Part shown: positions 15,258 through 30,696 of the stretch, piece after piece
Layout: each line of letters starts with the position of its first letter
Numbering within the stretch: position 1 is the stretch's first letter
Origin: Paramecium tetraurelia
Taxonomy: Eukaryota
Length of the DNA: 64,000 bases
Direction of reading: 5' to 3'
NCBI GenBank assembly: GCA_000165425.1
Contig: CT868041.1
Span: 310,001-374,000 of the forward strand
The notes under the pieces: generated by a model
Told to the model about the DNA's origin: nothing
Databases searched by the model: none
Seen by the model: the letters and a program-made list of their open reading frames with translations, nothing else
Program-made: the position numbers and the translations under genes

Positions 15258-16600
15258 ATGTAAAATAATATATCAATCCTAAAAGTAATGAAATTAACTC
15301 ATGCTTTTTAAAGAGGACTAAATAAATATAAATTATGTTACTATTCTATTATTAATACAACATAGAAAGGAAAATAAAATAAAAATATCTTTAAAATTTT
15401 GTAAAAGGATCTTAAATTAGAGGATTCTAAATTTAAAACAAACTAATCAGTTAATTTGAGACATTGTTGAAAAAATAGGCATTATGAATATTTAGATTTT
15501 TAATAAAATTTATTATTTTTTTTTTGAAATTTTTAATTATAAATATATTTAAGCAAAAAAGGAAAATTAATTCACTCTCATAATAGGAAAAGAAGAATAA
15601 TGCAATTTACAATCTTTTTGTCTAAATTATATTAAAGGACTGTATTCTCAAGTAAACTGGCAATTGAAATACTTAAATTTTTCTAAAGAGAATAGTAAAC
15701 TGAAATTTAAAAAAATAAGCATCTATTTTTATAGTTGTTATTTTCAAGTAGAGACTAATATAAATGTGAGAGTTTATTTAAATATTTCATAAAAAGTCTA
15801 TTTTAATATTATTTTGCCAATATGACACAACTATATAGGATTTATCTGAAAAATTACTTAAAAAAGAAAAGTGATTAGTCATTTCAACTAGAAGTTTTTG
15901 ATGAATAGTAATTTAATTAATTAAGTATATTCAAATATAGACCCCTATTCTCTATTATTGTTGTTAATCGATAAAAAATAGAATTTAATAATATGTAAAA
16001 GCAATAAGATTTGGTTATAATCACTAAATTAATCAATAGAAATAGATAGTAAGCTTAGATAATCTCTAAGTTCTAATGATTATCCTCTAGTTGGGGTAAA
16101 AGTTTCAGAACTATTTAGACAAAGTTGAATTTTAATATGAAGAAGAAATCAACAAATAAATAAAATAAGAAAAAAGAATTAACGTCCTCAATTAAAAGAA
16201 TTATTAAAAGAGATGACCAAATAGGATTTTAATTTTCTTAAAAAAGAGAAGATCCTAAATATTAAGAAGATTTAGAAAACAAAGAAGAATAATAATATTA
16301 ATATACTGATAATATGATTAGTTAATTTAAAATAAAAGATATCCAACAAAATAGTGGTCTCTATTTGATAGTGTAAAAAGTTCATTTAAAACCAGTAATT
16401 TTTCCATAAGTAGATTAGATGATAGTGGTAAATCCTTTGCATCAAAAGGTGGTTACTGTTAAAACTGTTCAATTTAAAGCTAGAGTAACATGAATATTTT
16501 AGCAAAAGTAAAATATTATAGATATCACACATCTTAGAAGAATAATGATTTGATTATTACAATAATCAGATTAATTTTCAATTTATGTAGTAAACTTTAC
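15258..16600 (+). CDS. hypothetical Gln/Lys-rich protein, possibly degenerate
   Basis: coding-like TAA/TAG-rich stretches; boundaries and integrity not resolved. Confidence 0.3.
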
Positions 16601-16674
16601 AATGTTAGATATAAATATTTCAATAAAAATGTTATTTCATTGTAAACTATTATTATATTTTATTTTAATAAATA

Positions 16675-18188
16675 ATGAATTATGTTACAGCTTCTCTTAA
16701 GGATTTATTACCCTCAAATTAAAAGGCTGTGATTAAGTTCAAAATAACACCTGGTAAGAAAATAGATTCTATCTGCTAATGCAATTAAAAAACCTGTATG
16801 ATATGTTCTCGTAAAAGATCATCATCTATGCTTTCATTAAAATCAATAAAAAATTCAGTTGCTATTGATGAAAATTCTCCTGGACTTAAAAGAACAGATA
16901 ATAAAAACAATTTTGTAATACAATCTAGCCTGCTTTCTAAGTAACTATCAAGGTAAGTATCTAACCATCAAATCCAAAATTAATTTTACAATGGAAAAAT
17001 CAATTAGGAGTCCAAAGGTAGCACTAATTCAACTACCTGGATAATGACTAATTCTCATTCTCGAAAAATATCGGTAGATAGTCCAATAAAGGAAATCTAA
17101 TAACAAACTTTAAATTCAATGGGAATAGGAAGACATTCTTTCAAGTTTCTATACGTAGTTGGTAAGGGAGGGTTTGGAAAAGTATGGAGAGTGGAAATGA
17201 AGGCAAATCGATAGGAATTTGCTTTAAAAGAAATGTTAAAAACCAAGTATTAATATCTAAAATTTTAGGATTATATCTAAGAGATCAGTCAATTCAGTAA
17301 TGAATGAGAAATTCCTGCTCGAACACTTGAAGCATCCATTTTTAGTGAATATGCACTATGCATTTTAGGATAGGGAAAATCTCTACTTAGTTTTAGATAT
17401 ATTAAGAGGAGGAGATTTAAGATATCACATAGGTAGAATGAAAAAGTTCTCTGAAGAATAAACAAGTATTTAAATAATAAAGACTAGAATTTTTCGCTTG
17501 CTGTATATTGTTGTCTTTACAATACTTACATTAGCATGGAATTATCCACAGAGATGTCAAACCTGAGAATTTAGTATTTGATAAGGATGGATTTCTAAGA
17601 CTGACAGACTTAGGAGTGGCTCGTTTAAACAAGGATAGTGTGGCTAATGATACTTCTGGCACTCCCGGATATATGGCACCTGAAGTAATGTGCAGAATGG
17701 AACACTCATTTCCTGTTGATTATTATGCTGTGGGTGTAATAGTCTATGAACTTCTAATTGGTAAGAGACCTTATAATGGGAAGAATCGATAGGAAATTCG
17801 AGAATAAATATTGGCTAAATAAATATAAATTAAAGAAAACACACCAGGAATAAGCAATAAGGCCATTGATTTTGTCAACAAAGTAATTATAAAAATCAAG
17901 AATATTAGTTGCTAATTAGAAAACCTTAACAAAGACTCGGATTTAATGGAATTGATGAGATTTTAAATCATTCTTGGTTACACAATTTTCCTTGGGGCAA
18001 GCTTTTAAATAAAGAAATCAGATCTCTATATGTACCTGGAGTAACGCATCTAAATTATATAGAGTATCGATGGCAACTATGACTTTTAAAGCTAGATCTC
18101 AGCTGACAGCGATCCCTCAGAAGACAGTTCCATGGTATTAAGAAGGAAGAGCGTATAAGGATTATTTGAAGGATACAAATTCCAATGA
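16675..18188 (+). CDS. AGC-like Ser/Thr kinase
   Basis: GKGGFGKV, GGDLRYH, HRDVKPEN, DLG, DTSGTPGYMAPE; four tiny introns. Confidence 0.9.
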
Positions 18189-18271
18189 GATTAATCATTT
18201 GTCTTCCTCCATTTATAATTTTGTGATAAAAATTATCAACTTTAAAAATAATTCTCTAAAAACCTATATTT

Positions 18272-18925
18272 ATGATCAATTCTAAATAAAAAGCATAATA
18301 ATTAATATAAACTATTTCTATGTTATAACATCTGAGTTTACAATAATTGGAGCTTCTGTACACTAAAAGAAAAAGGTAGTAAAAATATTAGTCTGCAGAA
18401 TTAGAATTATCAGCCAAAGAGCTTTAGGATTTCAATAGCAAAAAACCTGAAGACACAAGTTTACAATTTGATAACGAGGATGAAGACTAATTAAATACTC
18501 ATTAGGATTCAATTAATCTATTAAATGAAGAAATAGTGGATCATATCTATTAAAATCCATCAAAAAAAAGATTGATGATCCTTGGAATGGGTCTAATTTA
18601 ATGTGTGTATATTCTTATTACTCATTTTATGGGAGTATTTCTATTTGACTCAGAAATATTTTCTTTCATTTTTTGCACTACTTTAGTTATTTATTTCATT
18701 AAAATAGCCATAAGTTGGATTTAAAGTCCAGATAGAGGCAAATTAATAACAAAATAATAAGTATGTGCATTTGTTTTGGGAATGTAATCGGGAATGATTA
18801 CTGCAATTATATTAAATATCAACCAAGAAAATAAATTATTTAATATCCTGGTTGCTTTTATTCCATGCACAATTATGAATATCATGTTTATATATTTTTC
18901 ATAAAAATATTAAACAATTTTATGA
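18272..18925 (+). CDS. hypothetical multi-pass membrane protein
   Basis: single frame, about 4 hydrophobic helices in the C-terminal half. Confidence 0.55.
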
Positions 18926-19150
18926 TGAAATTATCAACTTAATATAACTATATTAATATGAACTATAATATTTAGAAAGATATCTTTAGATGTACTATTA
19001 CTTAATTCAATATTTTTAAGATCTGTTGATATTATACAAATTAAGAATCAATGCAGAACAAATAAAACAATATCTGAATTTTCTTAATTTAAATAAAATA
19101 TATAAATCTAATATTGAAATCCAAATAAAATATAATCAAAAGTGTCATAG

Positions 19151-20035
19151 TCAATTTAATTCCTTTAATTTAAGTTTTGTTCTTTTTTTATTCACTCTTA
19201 TTGTTCTGTTTGTTTCCTTTTAAATTTATTCAGCACTCCTCACCAAAAAGGATTTATCCCTCTGTCTATTTGAAAGTTCCTCTTAAAGATTTCCGATCGT
19301 AACAATCACTATATCAGGACAATAATGTATAAAAGATTACGATTAGTCATATAATAATCTATTTAAGCTTACGTCATAGATTCTATTTTTTTTTGTTACA
19401 GTCAACAAATCTTGATAGGAATGAACTGTATTTGAAGCATTACTGTTTGAAATAGTGACTTAAGTCATAAAGAAAGATGGATGATGTTGTGTATTAAAAA
19501 AATTATCAGGAGCCTATTCAAAATAGTTTGAATTAAACAAATGTGATACAAATTAGGTAGCATTGTTAACCACTACAACAGAAATAGTTCTATTTTTACT
19601 TTGCACAATTACTCGTTTAAGCTATTATGCTTTACTTTTAAGAGATTACAGTTAATCAGGCTTAAAATGAATTGTCTATAAAAGACTTATGATAGTAGTT
19701 TAATGATAATGATTTTTGGTTTGAAGGATTGCATTTTGATATCTCCGTGATGATTATTCTTATTATTGTTATGCATATATTAAATCCTCCAACTCCAAAG
19801 AAGGTAAATCTGTTTAACTGCTAGCATTATTGTATTATTTAGATTCCTCTTAAATTCCGCTGTTTTGCTGTTTGTAAAATTGGGAGTTAACTCTTCTAGG
19901 ATGCTATTAAAGAGATAGATTATTTAATCTCCCAGTTTTTGGTTGGATATAAGGGGATAATGACAACTATGCCTTATTTTTCATTCTATGGGTTTAAGTA
20001 TCTATTTTTTGGCTCCAAGGTGAAAAATGTTGCAT
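19151..20035 (-). CDS. hypothetical Gln-rich protein
   Basis: MQHFSPWSQK.. open in the ciliate code, one probable intron near 19350-19372. Confidence 0.55.
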
Positions 20036-20147
20036 TCTTTATTATCTAAATAATTTTTAAATTGAAACATAATGTCTGTGCAAACAAACATTTCATAATA
20101 ATAAAATTCTGATTTATTCTATAATTGCTAGTATATATCTATTTCTT

Positions 20148-20989
20148 ATGAAAACTAAAAAAACATAAATTTTAATAATGCATAATTACTCCAAAATTAT
20201 AAAAAACCTAAAATCAGAAGAAATCGATTAAGAATATGAAAGAATTAGAAGTCAGTCAAAAAATAGAAGTTATAGCACAAAAAATAGTAATTACGAGTCA
20301 ACTAAAACATCTTTTCAAGAGAATATATCCCTCAAAGTATTTGTTGAAATTGTATTCATCTTAGAATTAACTCTATATTTTACAGGAATAATTAAATAAT
20401 GAGAAATAAAGAACTAATTAATTAGAAATAGTAATCAAAAAGTTAAAATCTTCCCTGCTCTAATAAGATAAGTATGTTATATAAATATTTTTTGAGTATC
20501 GAGAGATTTGTTGTCGAAATGCGAAGAAAAAATTTAAATTATAATTGAGAAAGACAAACTCATCAAGCAATTACAAGAATAAATGAAATCCTTGCAAGCA
20601 GAGAACGACCATGTTCAAAATACATTATCGGAATTTTAAGATGTATAAATCAATTATATTTACAGTTAGAATTAACTATAAATTAATTAACATCTTCTTA
20701 TAATTCGATAGCTCCTAATATGGTTGATTAATAAACCATCCTTGAATAATGTTTGGATTATCTGAGTTCGTTAAGTAAGCTGGTAAATCCTATTTTAAAT
20801 GGCACATAGCCTTAACTATAAGATCTTTTCAAAACTAAACAAAAATTTAAACCAAGATAAAAGTTTTAAATAACTGAATTGTGCGAGAATAATATGAGGC
20901 ATATTTAGGATATCGAGAAATAACTAGTACATATTCTAGAACTGATTGATTAAAAGTTTATCAATGAGCTTGCTTAATATATTAAATGA
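20148..20989 (+). CDS. hypothetical coiled-coil protein
   Basis: heptad-like LIKQLQEQMKSLQAENDH; several tiny introns. Confidence 0.6.
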
Positions 20990-21499
20990 GATTCTTGTTT
21001 AGATATGAGTTATAACTTAGTTAATTTAGTTAAATAGTATAAATATTATGAAATATAAGTAATTATTATTTTCCCCTGAAATTGAATTAACAAAGATTAA
21101 AATAAAATATGATTTCTTAATTGAAAATAGATAACTGATCATTTATTTCCGTTATAATTAATTTCGTAAATAATTCTATTGTAAATAATGTTTATAATAC
21201 AATATATATTGCTCTTTCAAGATCTTAATATTAATTATTAATAGAATTATGATTTGAATAAGCACTTAATTTTAATAATGAATATCTAAACCCTTATTTC
21301 ATTTAGATTACTAATCTTTAGATATTTTGATAAATAATGATGTTATGAATTGACATAATTTCATTTTTATCAATGAAGCCTAAGTTTAATTTTATTTTAT
21401 TTAATTATAATATTTTTAAAAGATCTAAACTTGTTCTTCATTATAAATCGCTATTACAAATATATATAATCTATACATCGTAATAATTAGTTTAATTAG

Positions 21500-22300
21500 A
21501 ATAAATTTTATAAATAATTTTTTTCTACATTTAAAAGCTGTGTTTCAGTCGAAACAACTGAAGGAGGTTACTAAAAATACATTTATGGTATTCTCTACCT
21601 CTAAAATTTGATGATTAGTTTGGATAAAAAATTAATTTTCTTCACAAGGTAAGAGTTTTGATGATGAATTTTTAAGGGACAGGATAAGTTTAAGCCTGAG
21701 TTAATGAGTTTAGTTCATTATGATAATGTTTGGAAGGTGGCTATGCTATTTTTAAATATACATAAGGGCAAAACTATCAAATTAGATTCAGAGATAATTT
21801 GTTATCGAAATTAACTGTTTTCTGAGAAGAAAATTATTTGAGTTCGGTTTCTCCAAAAAAGGGAATATGTATTCTTTTGTTTGCATTTATTAAATTTTAA
21901 GTTATTGCAAACAAATTATCTATTTTTTTAAGTTACACCAAATATTATATTTATATTAAAAATAGAAAAAGATATTAGATGAATATCCAGGTTTACGCAA
22001 TTAGGAAAAAGCAAGAGATTGATATAGATTCTAAGAATGTTTAATAAGGGGGGCCAATTTTGGATGATAATAGATAATGTTTATTTATAAATAATTAAGG
22101 AAATATTTATTTCCAATATATTATTGCATATTAATTTGAGAAGGCTGAAACGATGTTATTTAATAGTGAAATAGGGGCCAAGTTTTAAAAAGCATTGAAG
22201 AGGGCAAGCAAGTCTTTAACGATTATCCGAAATTAAAAGGTAGAACCAATCAAATTTGAGTTTATCGATTCTTAAACAGAGTATATATTAGTTTTTAAAG
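21500..22300 (+). pseudogene. probable decayed gene of unknown family
   Basis: coding-like blocks (DKFKPELMSLVHYDNVWKV, GGPILDDNRQC) separated by frame breaks and TGA. Confidence 0.3.
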
Positions 22301-22322
22301 CTTAAAATAAATTAGCATCAAA

Positions 22323-22839
22323 ATGGTAATATATGCATAATATAGTGTAGAGTGGCATTGCAAAGAGCGCAAAAGGAGGAAAAGGTGGAAAAGGCGGAAA
22401 AGGAGCAAAATTTGGTCAAGGAAAGAATAAGAAAGCCCCTTAATCCAGGTCTTTGAAAGCAGGGCTTTAAGTAGTGAATTTGACAATAATAAGTTCCCTG
22501 TGGGTCGTATTCATAGATATTTGAAGCAAAGAGTATCAGCCAAGAACAGAGTAGGAACAACATCAGCCGTATACACATCAGCAATTTTAGAGTACTTGAC
22601 AGCTGAAGTGCTTGAATTAGCTGGAAATGCTTCAAAAGACTTCAAAGGTATTGTAATTCTAATTAATTTCCTCTTTAGTCAGAAGAATCACACCAAGACA
22701 TCTTTAATTAGCAATTAGAGGTGATGAGGAACTCGACATTCTTATCAGAGCCACCATTGCAGGAGGTGGTGTTATTCCACATATTCACAAGGCTTTATTA
22801 GGAAAATAAACACCAGAAGGAGGAATTCCAAAGGAATGA
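22323..22839 (+). CDS. H2A.Z: histone H2A.Z (hv1-like)
   Basis: [63 protein letters not shown]; introns 22326-22350, 22471-22493, 22648-22678. Confidence 0.97.
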
Positions 22840-22855
22840 TATATATTATATTAAT

Positions 22856-23858
<1,003 letters not shown>

Positions 23859-24463
23859 TATCAAACAAATTAACAAAAAGAACAAATTAAATAATGTAAA
23901 TTACATATTAATCTTCCCTTTAAAAATTACACTTTTCTAACTATCATTATATAATATTATAATCTATATTTCATTATTTTATTTAAATTATGTTAAAATT
24001 TAGTGGAGAGTTTAATCATGCTTACATTATTACTTATGAAAGAAAACCAAAACTCTATAAGAAACTCACTTACTTGAATTTGCTACTTTTTGTAATAATA
24101 AGTTGGCTTTAATTCAATTTATAGTAAACTATATTGATCACTATAATTTACAACATTTTAATTTATGTAATTGGAGGAAATGAAATAATAATTGAGCAAA
24201 TGCAAATCATCAAGAATATTGGCATACAAATCGAAAAAAGAAAGAGCAATGGAAGCATGTCTAGAGAATTTATTAATTAAAATATTATTAGAGATGTTGT
24301 TCTTTAAGAGGGATTAACCACCTTCACAGTTGAAATTTATCTAGCAATCATCTGCAAAGGCATGAAATAAATGATTTTACCTTTTCAATATAATCTAAGC
24401 ACAGATTAACTAATGTAAATTTATTATCCTTTAAGATAAATGATTATGTGATTAAATTTATAT

Positions 24464-25467
24464 TCAATAGTATATTTATATATATTTAATTAATTGCTAC
24501 CCAATTCTGATAGAGTATTCAAACCTAAGTTTTAAAAATGTAATGTTTAATTTCTTTAACATATGCAGAACTTATTAAATTATTTTAATATTAATTGAAT
24601 GTTGAATTTTGTTTTTGTAATTTAATCTGAGTTTAAATCATAAATAAAATAGATATCTTTTTTTGGATATCTTTTTGTTTAGATAAAACTCTTAATTCAA
24701 TATGGAGAGATGGTAATTTATAGATAGCTATAATAACAAAACATTTTAGAAAATTGCTTAGTCTGAGATTGTGTTGACTCACTCAATTAATACTTTATAA
24801 TGATGTAGGAAAGTTATTTCCTAAATTTTAAATAATATTATATAAGGAATAGAGTTGATTGTTATGCTGGCTAACAAAATGATGGTTTTGAGAAGTGACA
24901 TCATAATCATTAGTCATATGATTTGTTAATAATTTTTTCAGTATTTTCATAAATAAATGAAGTATCTTTCTAATTCTGATTCCCAGTCGTTGGTAAGCCA
25001 TCATCAGGACTATTTAATCTTGATTATAACTAGGAAACTATAATCTATATAGATTTTCTCTTTAATCCTCCTTTGATTCGAAGCTTTTCGACTTTAAGGA
25101 ATAAGTTATCTTAGTTCACTATTCTACTTTGAAGGCAAGGTTTAATTTATAAATTTCCTAATTTGTTTACTCAATCTTTTCTTATCCGTCATCTAAAAAT
25201 TATTTTATAAATTACATCAATCATGATTTAATCTTTAAAGTGATCTAAAACTAAGGAGATCATTCTCTATTGAAATTCCTTATATTCAGATTTTCTTTCT
25301 TCACTCTTAACTGATTGAATTGACTTTATTTTTTTGTTCATAATCTCAGCTATCTCTCTAGAGTTCCTTCCTTAGCTCTTTAACTCCATAATCTGTTTTC
25401 TTTCCTCAATGGAATTGAGATTATACACCATTCCTATACGATTCAATTTTGTATTTTATTTCATCAT
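24464..25467 (-). CDS. hypothetical protein (3' end approximate)
   Basis: coding-like frame from MMKQNTKLNR; no domain recognised. Confidence 0.5.
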
Positions 25468-25821
25468 TAAAATCTAATTAATTAAATCGAAAAAAGAATG
25501 GAAAGAAAAAGATCAGGATTAATTCTGCTCTCATAGTTTAGATTAACCTCAACAATATGTCTAGATGATCTAGCAATAACACTAGGTTAAGCTAGGAGGC
25601 TATTTTTTAGTTGGAATTCATATAATTAATTTTTGATATTTAAAAATAATATCTTAATTAATTAATATCAAATTATAAAAAGAAATTATAATTAGTTTTA
25701 TTGAAATCGACAAAGTGTTGTTTTTCGTTTGTTTCATAAATCCACAAAAAGGATTAGCTTCAAAAAAGGGTGGAAAAATATGTTTAACATATATTTTTAA
25801 TACGATTACCAATAGATATAT

Positions 25822-27108
25822 TCACACTTTCCTTATGATCTATATGAAGCGAATTTACGATTCTATTTTGCATGCTCTCTTCAATTATCTCTAGATCACA
25901 ACAAATAACCAATCTCACAAACTTTTCGCCATAGAACAACTCTCCTGGAAACACTAGAACATTCTACTCCTATTAAAGTTTCTTGGCAAAATCAATAGAT
26001 GTATCAATGTCTGAAAATTCTTCTGCATTAATAATCAAAGTTGAGTACATAGCCCCCTTAGTTTCTCCAACACTTATTCCAAATGCATCATGAAGACCAT
26101 GATGTAATGCCTTGTATCTGCTATGAAGTTCCTCCATTTTTTCAGGAATAATGTCTAAACTCTTTTTATAGACTTCACAAAGCGCTGCTTAACATATTGT
26201 ATTGGGCATTAATAAAATATTGCTGATATTTCTTAATGCCTTTTTCACTTCTTTAAATGTATCACCTTCTCCATAGAGAGCCAACCAACCCAATCTCCAT
26301 CCTGGGACGAGACATTTTTTAGTCAAACCAGAACATCTCAAAACAGGAACAGTTTTAGAATAATCAGAAATAAATTTAAACTCTCTCTTCTCAAAAATCA
26401 TATTTTCATAGATTTCATCACTCACTATTGGAAGATTATTATGTCTTTCACAAACTAAGGATATTGCATGATTATATTACAGTTAACAATTTCTGTCAAT
26501 GCTATTGGACTTAATTCACTTCCCATAGGATTACTTGGAGAATTAACTAAAATAAATTTGATATCTGGATTCTACTCATAGATGTATTCCAATTCTACAA
26601 TATTTACTTACCAAGTTCCTGGATTTAAATCATAAAACACAACTTAAATGCCATAGAAATCAGCAAAAGCCTTTACCAATGGAAATGTTGGTCTGGGCAT
26701 TAAGATCTTGTCTCCAGGTTTTGCTAAAGCCAATGTAGCGTAAAAGAGAGCTCCACTGCCGCCACTAGCAAGTATAATGTCATCTGCCTCTAATTTTCTA
26801 TGATGTGATGATAACACCTCTGCCAACTGAGTTCTCACATTGAAGTCACCAAAAAAATCAGTATATCCATCTATTTTTCCAACAGAATTTGCTACTATCT
26901 CCTTGTATTCATTTGGAGTTTAAAATTTTGGATAAGCTGTAGGATCACCAAGAAGAAAAACAATCTTTTATTCTGGTCGTCCTTCTGATTTTCCTGTTTT
27001 TTCTACCTCAGGCACTACTTGTTCAACCCAATTTCTTATTGGGTTCAATGATACTTAAGCTCTCGCTGAAGGTTTTAACATATTCCATGATCTTTCCACT
27101 TATTACAT
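25822..27108 (-). CDS. TAT: tyrosine aminotransferase (PLP class I)
   Basis: LGDPT, NSPSNPMG, SDEIY, SGLTKKCLVPGWRLGW, VFPGELF. Confidence 0.92.
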
Positions 27109-27694
27109 ATTATTTTATTATGTGATGCAATAAATGATCAAATATTTTTATTATCAGGATTTAAGAATTTATTTCTTTATATTCATTGTTTCACAGCAAA
27201 AGTAAGTCAAAATATAAAGAAATTAATAAATGTGTTTGTGGTGTGCATAAAATATTTTAATATTATATTGAAATTAAAGATTGAAGTTGTTAATTTCTTT
27301 ATTTTAATTTTCTGTTTTTGCTGGCATTGGACTTTTCTTATACACTCAAAAATGAATATATTTCTTTATTTATTTAGTAGTTCAACTTATAAATTAGAAG
27401 GTCTATTGTCATTAATTCTTACTATAGTTCTTAAGAATAGCGAATTGCTTGCTATTTTTCTATTTTTAAATAATTACTTTTCTGCCTTCCGCATAAAAAA
27501 TAAAGTTTCAAGTAATAAAAATATAAAAATTGTGCTACAAAAAAAGTGATCCTAATAAGGTTTAGAATTTTTATAGCATAAATTAAAGATATATAGACAT
27601 GAGATTTTATAATATTTATTAGGTCTATCATTTTTACTTTTGTGTATAAATAGTTAACAATATGAAAATTTAATATTATATTAATTATAGTTTA

Positions 27695-28876
27695 TCAAAT
27701 TATGATTTCATCTTCATCATCATTATTTTAATTTTCATTCTAACTGATAACTTTATCTTAAAGTTTCTCATTAATGTCTTCCTATTTACTTTGATTTTGT
27801 ACAATTTATTAATTCTCCTTTTCTTATTAAGTTTTCTTTCTCTAATTGTTTTCAGTGACCTCCTCCAGTTACTCCTGTTTCTATTGTTGCTATATTGGTT
27901 ATTGATATTCTTGAAAAATATTATTTTCTTAGAATAAATCCAATTTAATATTTAAACTCATCATTTAACAAGTATTTAATAACTATTTTATCATCTAATA
28001 ACCTTCTAAGGATTGCTAGTCATAATTCAGTTTATCTGAGTCATCTAAATTATTATTTCCTCTAAGATACACTAAATCAATATAGATATCATTATCAAAA
28101 TGTTATTAAGAATCTAGATCGTTTATTTTGAAACGAATGATATTTTTGAATAAGAACCCAGTATGAATTTAGAATCTAAATATTGGAAGTAGATCATTTT
28201 CTGGTGTAATGTGCTTGCATTTAAATACAACATCATTGCTTATTTATAAATTTGGGAGAATGAATATGCATTGTTCATTTTTTTGTATGATCTGATTTTT
28301 TTCTTCATATAGTATTCCTTTCCTATCCAATACTTGAAATAATGGTTTCAAATTCTAGAACTACTTTGGAATTCCACTTAAGATAACAGATTTCACCTTT
28401 ATAATTTGAGTGTTCAATTATCCATTAGTCAACAAATGGTGCAAGTACTTATGTATATACATGAGTTAAGATTTTAATGGAGATTTAAGTCCGATTGCTT
28501 TTGCAATAATGTAAAAACTCTCATCAATACTCACCTTAAAAACAAGAGACCAGAAAATCGAAAGGAGTATGGCACTCCTTCCTTTATTTTGTTAACAATG
28601 AATAATTGCAACGTTGCCTTGATGTTGTATCCAGTCCAAAATGGATTTACATATTAATAGTAACTCATAAAGAGGTGGACATGCAAATCCAATGTAAGAA
28701 TGCATTGAAACCTAATTCAGAAATAACTCTCTTGTATAGTCATGTTCACTCAAATTCCAAATATAATACTGATGTCCATATTGTTTATTTAGATACTAAG
28801 AAACAGATACGATGTATTCTTGCTTTGGAAAAGGCATCCAAAATACATTATCTGTAATTTAATATAAAGTTTTCAT
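27695..28876 (-). CDS. PTEN/tensin-like phosphatase domain + C2 domain protein
   Basis: YQITDNVFWMPFP, YYIWNLSE, CPPLYEL, VAIIHCQQNKGRS, DVVFKCKH, FHTGF. Confidence 0.8.
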
Positions 28877-28889
28877 AAAATATTAATTT

Positions 28890-30192
28890 ATGGATTATTA
28901 GAAGCATCTAAAGATACTGAAAGAGACTTTGGAATAACATAAGATTACTCCAGAAAATTTGAGAGAAAAAAGATTGTCCTTCAAAGAGTTCCCAAAACAA
29001 ATAAATAATAGAGTAGTTGATGCCTTTTAATCATTTGCTCCTTTCGATAGAGCACCAGTTTGGATGATGAGGTATATTTTATGTAGAATGTCAAAATTAG
29101 ACAAGCAGGAAGATATCTCCCAGAATACAGAGAAATTAAGGCAGAAATGGATTTTTTTGCTACTTGCCAAAATCCATTCATTGCTGCTGAAATCACATTA
29201 TAACCAACGAAACAATTTGATATTGATGCAGCAATCATCTTTTCTGATATTTTAGTTTTACCTAAAATGATGGGAATGGAAGTAAGAATATTTTTAAGAA
29301 TATTTTAGATCACAATTGAAGAAAAGAAGGGACCAGTAATTGCAAATCCATTGGTTACTCCAGATGATATTTAAAGACTTCATCCTCCTAATCCAGAACA
29401 TTTGGAACATGTTTATGATGCTCTATTTTTGACCAGATTGGCATTACAAGGAAAGTGTAATCTCATAGGATTTTGTGGTGCTCCTTGGACTGTCTTTGCA
29501 TATATGATAGAAGGGGGGTCGAGCAAACTATTTTCCAAAGTTAAGAAATGGCTGTATTTATACACGGAGGGGTCCTTGTAGGTTTTAGAATTGCTAGCAA
29601 AGGAGAGTGCCAAGTATTTAATCAATCAAGTCAAGTAAGGTGGGGCTTAAGTTGTTTAGATATTCGACTCTTGGGCAGGGTATCTCTTATAATTTAATGT
29701 AGTTAAATTCCAGCATAGGATTACATAGAATTTATCATTCCTTCTTTAAGAATATTGTTTGAAGATTTCAAGAAGGAGTGTCCAGATACTCCTTTAATTA
29801 TGTTTCCTAAGGATCAGAATGATAAGAAAGTTATCGTTGAATTTTTAAAATTGATATATAATGATAAACCCTTAGTTGATGGATTCCAACTAGATTCAAA
29901 TGTGAGTGATGAAACTCTGGTTAAGATTATTGAAGCCAATAGAACCATATAAGGAAATCTAGAACCAGGAGTAATTCTAAATACTAATCTATTCTAGGTC
30001 TTATACGGGACTCCTGCAATAATTAAAAAGAGGATTTCGCAAATGATTGAGAAGCTCCAGACCACTAGGAGATACATAGTTAATTTGGCACATGGACTTA
30101 CTCCAGATCATGAGGTGGAGAAAGTCCGATTGTTTGTTTAAGAGTCTTAACGTCAATCAAAATTATACAAAGCCAAGGAAATTTTGGAATGA
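28890..30192 (+). CDS. UROD: uroporphyrinogen decarboxylase
   Basis: [58 protein letters not shown]. Confidence 0.96.
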
Positions 30193-30264
30193 ATTTTCAA
30201 TTCGTGCAGTTAGTCATTCAATTAACTCTTCGAAACTATATATTAGTTTAGTATTATTATAGAT

Positions 30265-30696
30265 ATGTATATAATCAACCAATTATTGCACCCCCTTGCA
30301 GCCATTGTTACATAATTCGATTAGAAAATATTATCATTAAAAAGACAAACAAATTCAGCAAGTTACATTCTATCCCCTTAAATCTATAATAACTTCCAAT
30401 CAGCCATGAAGCCCAGTAGTAAAAGAAAGATCAAGAAAAAAATAACAAAACACATCATACATTTCATCATATTCAAAGAGGAGCATCTAAGTTCTCCTCA
30501 TAATACAAATCAATATCTACTAACAAAACACATAAACTAAGAAATTTGCAAAGATGTTGACCCAAAAGAACCTGGCAGTATGTTATCCTTTTTATTAAAT
30601 GAATAAAGGCCACAATCGAGTGATCCACTATTTTAACTCTAAGACTCAGAAAGACTAGTTAAAGACTGCATTGATATGCTAAACAAATAACCCTGA
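30265..30696 (+). CDS. hypothetical protein
   Basis: uninterrupted 143-aa frame in the ciliate code. Confidence 0.5.

Noticed and set aside
21980..22080. IDSKNVQQGGPIL as a trypsin-like protease motif
   Set aside because: No catalytic Ser, and surrounding frames are broken; the similarity is too weak
25499..25790. Possible small ORF or ncRNA next to TAT
   Set aside because: No convincing motif, box elements or stem structure
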